Below are positions 34,644 through 39,472 of a DNA stretch of 39,472 nt, in pieces. The translations under genes were made by a program, and so were the position numbers. Source of the DNA: an uncultured Dehalococcoidia bacterium. GTDB taxonomy: Bacteria; Chloroflexota; Dehalococcoidia; Lucifugimonadales; JAGWBF01. Location: NCBI GenBank assembly GCA_964457285.1, contig CAYWGG010000002.1, positions 7,542-47,013 on the forward strand. The letters run 5' to 3'. How positions within the stretch are numbered: the stretch's first letter is position 1; each line of letters opens with the position of its first letter. A model generated the notes under the pieces. The model was not told the origin of the DNA, ran no database searches, and was given only the letters and a program-made list of their open reading frames with translations.

Positions 34644-35558
34644 CTACCTCGCCCCTCGCAGCCTCGGGTCCAGCACATCTCGCAGAGAATCGCCCAGCAG
34701 GTTCCAGGCGAACACAACTATAGCTATAGCCAGGCCGGGGAATACTACCATCCCGGGCGCTACCCTTACAAAACCGGTAGCGCCGGTCAACATCCCTCCC
34801 CAGGATGCCACATTGGGAGGAGAGCCTAACCCCAGAAAGCTAAGGGAGGCCTCAGCTATTATCGCTCCGCCCAGTTGGAAAGTTACAATGACGATGTACA
34901 GAGCCAAGCAATTGGGGACCATGTGGCGGAGCATGATGCGCCAGTGCCCGGCTCCTACTGCCCTGGACGCTAATATGAAGTCCATCCCCTTTACGGCCAG
35001 CGCCTGAGAGCGGAGGATTCGGGCAGTGCTGGGTATGTATATGATAACCAGGGCGATTATCACGTTTTCAACGGATGACCCCAGAGCAGCCATGATGGCA
35101 AGGGCCAGAAGGAGGCCTGGAAAGGCCATCAAGCCATCTATAAGCCTCTGGACAATGAGGTCGGTCAACCCTCCGAAATGGACGCTGGCAACGCCCACCA
35201 GCATGCCTATGGTGGAACCGATAAATGAGCTGAGTATGCCCACATACAGGGAAATCCTTGCCCCATAAACGATCCTGCTGAATACGTCACGGCCCAGGTG
35301 GTCACCGCCGAACCACGTTTCCGAGCTAGGCTTGGCAAACTTGTACTTAATGTTGGTCTCATTGGGGTCATGGTTCGCTATCAAAGGGGCGAAGATAGCA
35401 ACCAGTATAAGAATGATGGCTACTACCGCTCCGAAGGTCCCGAGAGGCTTTCGCATGAAAAAGCTGCCCACATTTTGCCAGGCGGTACGCCTCCCTGGCC
35501 TCAAAGCGCCGATGGCCCGCCCTTGAAGGTCTGCTCGGCCTGCTCCCTCCTGAATCAT
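34644..35558 (-). CDS. ABC transporter permease, DppC/OppC type
   Basis: 304 aa with 6 TM segments, an N-terminal LIANHDP motif and an EAA-like loop (SRAVGAGHWRIMLRHMVPN). Confidence 0.88.
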   Translation of the reverse strand: MIQEGAGRADLQGRAIGALRPGRRTAWQNVGSFFMRKPLGTFGAVVAIILILVAIFAPLIANHDPNETNIKYKFAKPSSETWFGGDHLGRDVFSRIVYGARISLYVGILSSFIGSTIGMLVGVASVHFGGLTDLIVQRLIDGLMAFPGLLLALAIMAALGSSVENVIIALVIIYIPSTARILRSQALAVKGMDFILASRAVGAGHWRIMLRHMVPNCLALYIVIVTFQLGGAIIAEASLSFLGLGSPPNVASWGGMLTGATGFVRVAPGMVVFPGLAIAIVVFAWNLLGDSLRDVLDPRLRGAR

Positions 35559-35589
35559 CTCCCCCTCTCCAAGGTTTAATATAGACCAA

Positions 35590-36549
35590 TTAAGCGTAGC
35601 TGATTCTCGGATTCAGCCAGGCGTAGATGAGGTCCATGACCAGGTTCAATACCAGCACCAGCACCGCCACTATGGTGACTACAGCCTGGACTACGGGGAA
35701 GTCCCGGCGGGAGATAGCATCAACCAGGAACACGCCCATCCCAGGTACCACGAAAATCACTTCGATGATCACCGTGCCAGCCAGGAGCCGCCCGAACTCG
35801 TAGCCGGTTACGGTGATCACGGGTAGCAGGGCGTTCTTGAGGGCGTGCCTTGAGATTACCGCTCGCTCGGCCAGGCCCTTGGAGCGGGCCGTCCGGATGT
35901 AGTCCTCCCGGAACACCTCAAGCACAGAGGAACGAGTCACACGGGCTACGAAAGCCATATTAGAAAAACCCAGTGCCAGGGCGGGGAACATGAGCTGTTG
36001 CAGGTTTTTCCCCGGGTTCTCCCACAGGTCTTCGTAACCTAAAGGGGGTATCCAGTTGAAAAAGAGGACGAGGAAGAACACTATCATCACGCCCACCCAG
36101 AAGTTGGGAAGGGCTATCCCCAGCAAGGCTATAATTCTGCTGGCGTAGTCGGCGGGTGTATCCTGCTTTATGGCAGAGAGCACCCCCAGAGGTATAGCCA
36201 CCAGGTTGGCCCAAAGCACTGCCAGAACGGTCAGCTCCATCGTCACGGGGAGCCTCTCTCCCAGGTCATCGTAAATCTTGCTATTGAACCAGTAAGACCT
36301 GCCAAAGTCCAGATGGAGCAGGTTCCATACCCACTTGACGTACTGGACGTGGATGGGCTTATCCGTTCCCAACTGTGTTCGTAGCTCGGCGACCCTCTCC
36401 TCCGAGACGTCGCTAGACTCTCCCCCTGCCATAGCCATCAACTGCGCCGGGTCGCCGGGGACAACCCGCATGATGACGAACACGACTATGGTGACAAATA
36501 TCAAAGTGGGAATGAACAACAGGACTCTTCTGGCTATATAAGCCTGCAT
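35590..36549 (-). CDS. ABC transporter permease, DppB/OppB type
   Basis: 319 aa, with MQAYIARRVLLFIPTLIFVTIVVF and YIRTARSKGL...HALKNALLPVIT (EAA loop). Confidence 0.9.
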   Translation of the reverse strand: MQAYIARRVLLFIPTLIFVTIVVFVIMRVVPGDPAQLMAMAGGESSDVSEERVAELRTQLGTDKPIHVQYVKWVWNLLHLDFGRSYWFNSKIYDDLGERLPVTMELTVLAVLWANLVAIPLGVLSAIKQDTPADYASRIIALLGIALPNFWVGVMIVFFLVLFFNWIPPLGYEDLWENPGKNLQQLMFPALALGFSNMAFVARVTRSSVLEVFREDYIRTARSKGLAERAVISRHALKNALLPVITVTGYEFGRLLAGTVIIEVIFVVPGMGVFLVDAISRRDFPVVQAVVTIVAVLVLVLNLVMDLIYAWLNPRISYA

Positions 36550-36597
36550 CTATTCTGTCACTCCAATAGCTGAAGTTCCTCGGCTGTTCAGCATTTA

Positions 36598-36700
36598 GTG
36601 TGGCGCTAGCCCCTCACCCCGGCTTTCGGCCACACCTCTCCCAGTGGGAGAGGGGCCGTGGGTGAGGGCCATATCACACAAAAGTCCGAAGAACCAGTTT
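36598..36700. repeat. nested palindromic repeat (family B) between the binding-protein gene and the first permease gene
   Basis: gtgtgg..agcccctcaccc[ggctttcggccacacctctcccagtgggagaggggcc]gtgggtgaggg..cacac, followed by aaaagtccgaagaaccag. The core is inverted relative to the copy at 25379. Confidence 0.8.
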
Positions 36701-36715
36701 CTCTCTAAGGGCCAA

Positions 36716-38614
36716 TTAGCATTTCGGGTCACACCAGATGTGCTCCCACTTATGGCCAGCCAAGGGAGAGGGATGGAAATTCTTGATTTTCTTGTGCACT
36801 ATGGGGGACTGTGTATCCCAGTAAATGCCAGGTGTGACGTCGTCCTCCAGGATCAAGTCCTCAATCTGCCTCAGGAGGGCCACTCGCTTCACCGGGTCCA
36901 ACTCCCTCTGTTGCGCCTGATAGAGCTCCTGGACCCTGGCCCAGTTGGTGGCGTTCTCGCCATGCGTCCAGTTTGCTGAAATGGAAGTCTTTCTGTAGCG
37001 GAGAAGAAAGGCTATATCAGGATCCCAGGCCCCGCCTGCGAACTGGACTGCGGTCTGAAAGTCCCCGGCTCCATAGGCCGCTATGGAAGCGGTCCACTCC
37101 AGGACCTTGAGATTGACTTCCAGGTCCAAGAATTTCTTGAGCTGCTCCGCCACCAGCGTAGCTGTGTCCACATTCTTCCCACCCCTTCCGGTCGTCAGTT
37201 CGATCTTAAACCCACTGGGGACGCCGGCCTCGGCCAGCAGCTTCCGGGCCTCAGCTATGTCATCGGGATGCTTCACACCAGGCGCAGACTCCCTGAAGCC
37301 GGGCACCTGGGTTGCCGTCTCCTCCAGACTCCTGCTAAACCACAGACCGGGCGCGAGGGGCAGACCCGGGATGAGGTCGCCAACGCCCACCGTTTCCATA
37401 ATGGCCTGGCGGTGCATGGCCAGCTCAATGGCCCTCCTCACCTTCGGGTTATCGAAGGGTTTCCTGGTCGTATTAAGCATCAACATGTATCGAAAGACGG
37501 GGCCAACGAAATACACGTTGTACCGGTCTCCATGTTGCTCCTGAAACCTCTTCGCCTCTATGGCGCTCAAGGCACGACCACTACTGGTGGTCATCACCAC
37601 CTGTTCTGTCGCTAAGGCTGCCAATGCGGTGCCCGCGTCTGTGATGATGAAGCGTACCATTCCATCCAGGTAGGGCCGCCCCTCCTTCCAGTAGTCCTTG
37701 TTCTTCTCATACTCGAGGGAGACGTCCTTCACAAATTTCGTGAGCTTGAAGGGGCCGGAGCCGTTCAGGTTCTGGGGCTCCAGCAGGCCCTGGAGCTTTC
37801 CCTCACCCAGCACCGTATGCTTGGGCAGTACGGCCACATGCTCCAGGCCAAAGGCAGCGGTATGCCAGGATGCCGAAGGGAATTTGAGCTTCACCTCTAC
37901 GGTGTGCTCGTCTATGGCTCTGGAGCTCTCGTAGTATGGCCCGATCGCTCCCGCGGTTGGCCTGCCCTTGTGGCCCTTCCAGACGTCCCCGAACTCGGGC
38001 TTATTGGGGTCCGTGATGCTGTCCAGAGTGAAGACCACGTCCACGGCGGTGACGGGCTTGCCGTCCCACCAACGGGCCTTCTCGTTAAGGAAGTAGGTAT
38101 AGCTCCTGCCATCGGGGGACAGCTTCCAGCTTGTGCAGAGGTCACATGCTAAATCGTTGGTCTCTTCGGTCTCGGGATTTTCCCATGTTAGAACCGAGCT
38201 GAACAGTGACGCCAGAGCCATATGGTCCGGCAGAGCCGCGTCAGGAATATACCAGAGAAGGGGAGCGAGGCCGCTTGTCATGCGGACAATGCCACCGGGT
38301 TTGGGCTGAAGCAGAGCGGGTGCTCACGTTGGGGTGGGCTGGGGGGTGGCGGTGGGGACCGGGGTAGGCGTAGGCGCACCAACCACCACCGTGGGCGTGG
38401 GTGTGGGTTGGGGAGTGGGCGTCGGGACCGACACGATACGTATTGTAGGCGTTGGGGCTGCCGTAGGTGGCGGCGCTGCTGTAGTGGGCGTCGCTACCGG
38501 CGCTTTGGTGGGCGTTGGTGTTTCCTCCCCTCCTCCACAGGCCACGGCTATCGCCAGCAGTAGCGCCAGGGGGATGAAGACCAGGGATTTGGGCTTTAGA
38601 AACCAGTAATGCAT
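36716..38614 (-). pseudogene. family-5 ABC substrate-binding lipoprotein gene interrupted by a single in-frame TGA (38324-38326)
   Basis: ORFs 38324-38635 (signal peptide, lipobox AVAC-GGGE, Pro/Thr tether) and 36716-38281 (SBP body) are in the same frame. They are separated only by the TGA and 14 sense codons (APALLQPKPGGIVR). A promoter and SD are present upstream. Confidence 0.7.
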
Positions 38615-38674
38615 TTTGACTCTACCTCCATGCATACTTCAAAGGTGGGGAAACGCGACCTGAACTTGGCTAGC

Positions 38675-38704
38675 ACTTTATCAGACTCGTCGCTGTCATG
38701 TCAA
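38675..38704 (-). promoter_or_regulatory. sigma-70-type promoter for the binding-protein/permease operon
   Basis: Minus strand TTGACA (38699-38704), 18 nt, TAAAGT (38675-38680). Confidence 0.45.
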
Positions 38705-38966
38705 GGAGCGCAAAAAATAGCGACCGGCCAACCGCATCTTGTCCTAATATAGTACACAAATGGCCTTACGATAACCTGTATGCGGTTAATATAAGAAGAG
38801 AACCCGGCCATTATTACCGGATTGTGTGACGAATTAGCTTTACATGCGGTTGCCCTGGGCGCCAAGCTCTTGGGACTTACTCCTCTATCCCCGCCTGATG
38901 GGCTTTAACTCACTAATCGTGTATCGTGTAATGTGTGCGGTGTCCCTGGAGAATTTTGGGATAGTT

Positions 38967-39140
38967 TCATTTACACGGGGGGTCGCACCAGATGTGCTCC
39001 AGCATCTGACCCGTGGCGCCGAGGGCATGGGGGTAGAAATTCTGGATTCTCTTGTTTACTATAAAGTTCTGTGAGCTCCAGAAGATGCCAGGTGTGGCGT
39101 TGTTCTCCAAGAGGAGCAAGTCCTCAACCTCCCTGATATA
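38967..39140 (-). pseudogene. 3' remnant (last ~55 codons) of a third family-5 binding-protein paralogue
   Basis: The minus-strand translation IREVEDLLLLENNATPGIFWSSQNFIVNKRIQNFYPHALGATGQMLEHIWCDPPCK* aligns with the C-terminus of the 36716 gene (LRQIEDLILEDDVTPGIYWDTQSPIVHKKIKNFHPSPLAGHKWEHIWCDPKC*). Similarity stops abruptly near 39140, where an in-frame TAG precedes it. Confidence 0.75.
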
Positions 39141-39143
39141 ATT

Positions 39144-39179
39144 AAGCTATCAGGAAAGGCTGAAAAGCGACTGCTAGCC
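39144..39179. repeat. family A-like repeat fragment at the truncation boundary of the binding-protein remnant
   Basis: aagctatcag-gaaa-ggctgaaaagc repeats the agctatcag and gctgaaagcc blocks of 61-118 and 669-757. Confidence 0.5.
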
Positions 39180-39230
39180 AGTACCAAAACACAGACTGCT
39201 TATCCAAAGTTAACCTGTCAAGAATAGATT

Positions 39231-39305
39231 TGGAGCGGGCGATGGGGATCGAACCCACGACAGCTAGCTTGGAAGGCTAGCGCTCTACCGCTGAGCTACA
39301 CCCGC
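39231..39305 (-). tRNA. tRNA-Gly (anticodon UCC), CCA encoded
   Basis: The reverse complement GCGGGTG-TA-GCTC-AGCGGTA-GAGC-G-CTAGC-CTTCCAA-GCTAG-CTGTC-GTGGG-TTCGATC-CCCAT-CGCCCGC-T-CCA folds as a cloverleaf. Anticodon loop is CU-UCC-AA and the discriminator is U. Confidence 0.93.
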
Positions 39306-39390
39306 TCTTTAGCCTCTGGCTTCGGATCAGACCGATCGGCTGAATGCGTCGCTATACCGGGAGGGCACTTTTGATGTCTTCAGTAAAGCT

Positions 39391-39420
39391 ATTATACCCT
39401 GAACTGTGCTAACCTGTCAC
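39391..39420 (-). promoter_or_regulatory. candidate promoter for tRNA-Gly
   Basis: Minus strand GTGACA (39415-39420), 18 nt, TATAAT (39391-39396), about 80 nt upstream of the mature 5' end. Confidence 0.4.
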
Positions 39421-39472
39421 TACTATGTCAGGCCATGTTCAGGGTCTTTTAGTTCTCCAATCCGACAGCTCA

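Noticed and set aside
38270-38326. Selenocysteine recoding of the in-frame TGA
   Set aside because: Only a weak 4-bp pairing (cacc/ggtg) lies downstream, so there is no SECIS-like stem-loop at the expected distance. The codon sits in a disordered Pro/Thr tether where a catalytic Sec makes no sense. It is kept only as a remote alternative in the finding.
38330-38560. Repetitive-looking DNA (ggtgggcgt / ggggtgg units), considered as a possible tandem repeat or CRISPR-like array. The same applies to 27060-27260.
   Set aside because: There are no regular repeat-spacer units. The periodicity is codon-level Pro/Thr (ccn/acn) low complexity on the minus strand within the SBP tether coding regions.
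38844-39074. 76-aa plus-strand ORF
   Set aside because: It is antisense to the SBP C-terminal remnant, and its similarity to ORF 36644-36979 simply mirrors the homology of the two SBP 3' ends on the other strand.
38640-39305. Genomic island or prophage integrated at tRNA-Gly
   Set aside because: There is no integrase, excisionase or phage gene, and I did not spot a direct repeat of the tRNA 3' half anywhere in the window. Only a gene remnant and a dispersed repeat are present.

Overview
GC-rich bacterial chromosomal segment. It looks Terrabacteria/Chloroflexota-like: lipoprotein binding proteins with long Pro/Thr tethers, DnaD/DnaI-type replication genes, Bacillus-type CtaG. No taxonomy search was possible. 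I support about 36 protein genes, one gene remnant and one tRNA. From left to right: (1) rplI-dnaB followed by a DnaD-domain gene and an unusual helicase-loader gene with two tandem DnaC/DnaI-type AAA+ modules. (2) Small enzymes: MBL-fold hydrolase, HIT, amidase, and a di-iron ferritin-like protein on the minus strand. (3) thrS and infC-rpmI-rplT, with an apparent AUA start for infC. (4) A complete minus-strand caa3-type cytochrome oxidase cluster, ctaA-ctaB-ctaC-ctaD-ctaE-ctaF(fused to cytochrome c)-ctaG plus a small membrane protein. (5) A VOC / haloacid-dehalogenase-like / SDR / Fe-ADH / VOC enzyme cluster. (6) An orphan receiver-domain protein with a membrane C-terminus. (7) A long minus-strand accessory block: family-5 ABC binding protein, alpha/beta hydrolase, NHL propeller, DUF1501, DUF1800, a 661-aa hydrolase-like protein, two Dpp/Opp-type permeases with no ATPase genes, a second binding-protein gene interrupted by one in-frame TGA, a 3' remnant of a third binding-protein paralogue, and tRNA-Gly(UCC). 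No CRISPR array, transposase, integrase or recognisable defence system was seen. The most unusual items are the double-module helicase loader, the in-frame TGA with its decaying transporter locus, several families of nested palindromic repeats (one in frame inside a CDS, one with an inverted core between copies), and a signal-less DUF1800-DUF1501-NHL gene set. All calls come from reading the sequence and ORF translations by eye. No database search was run.
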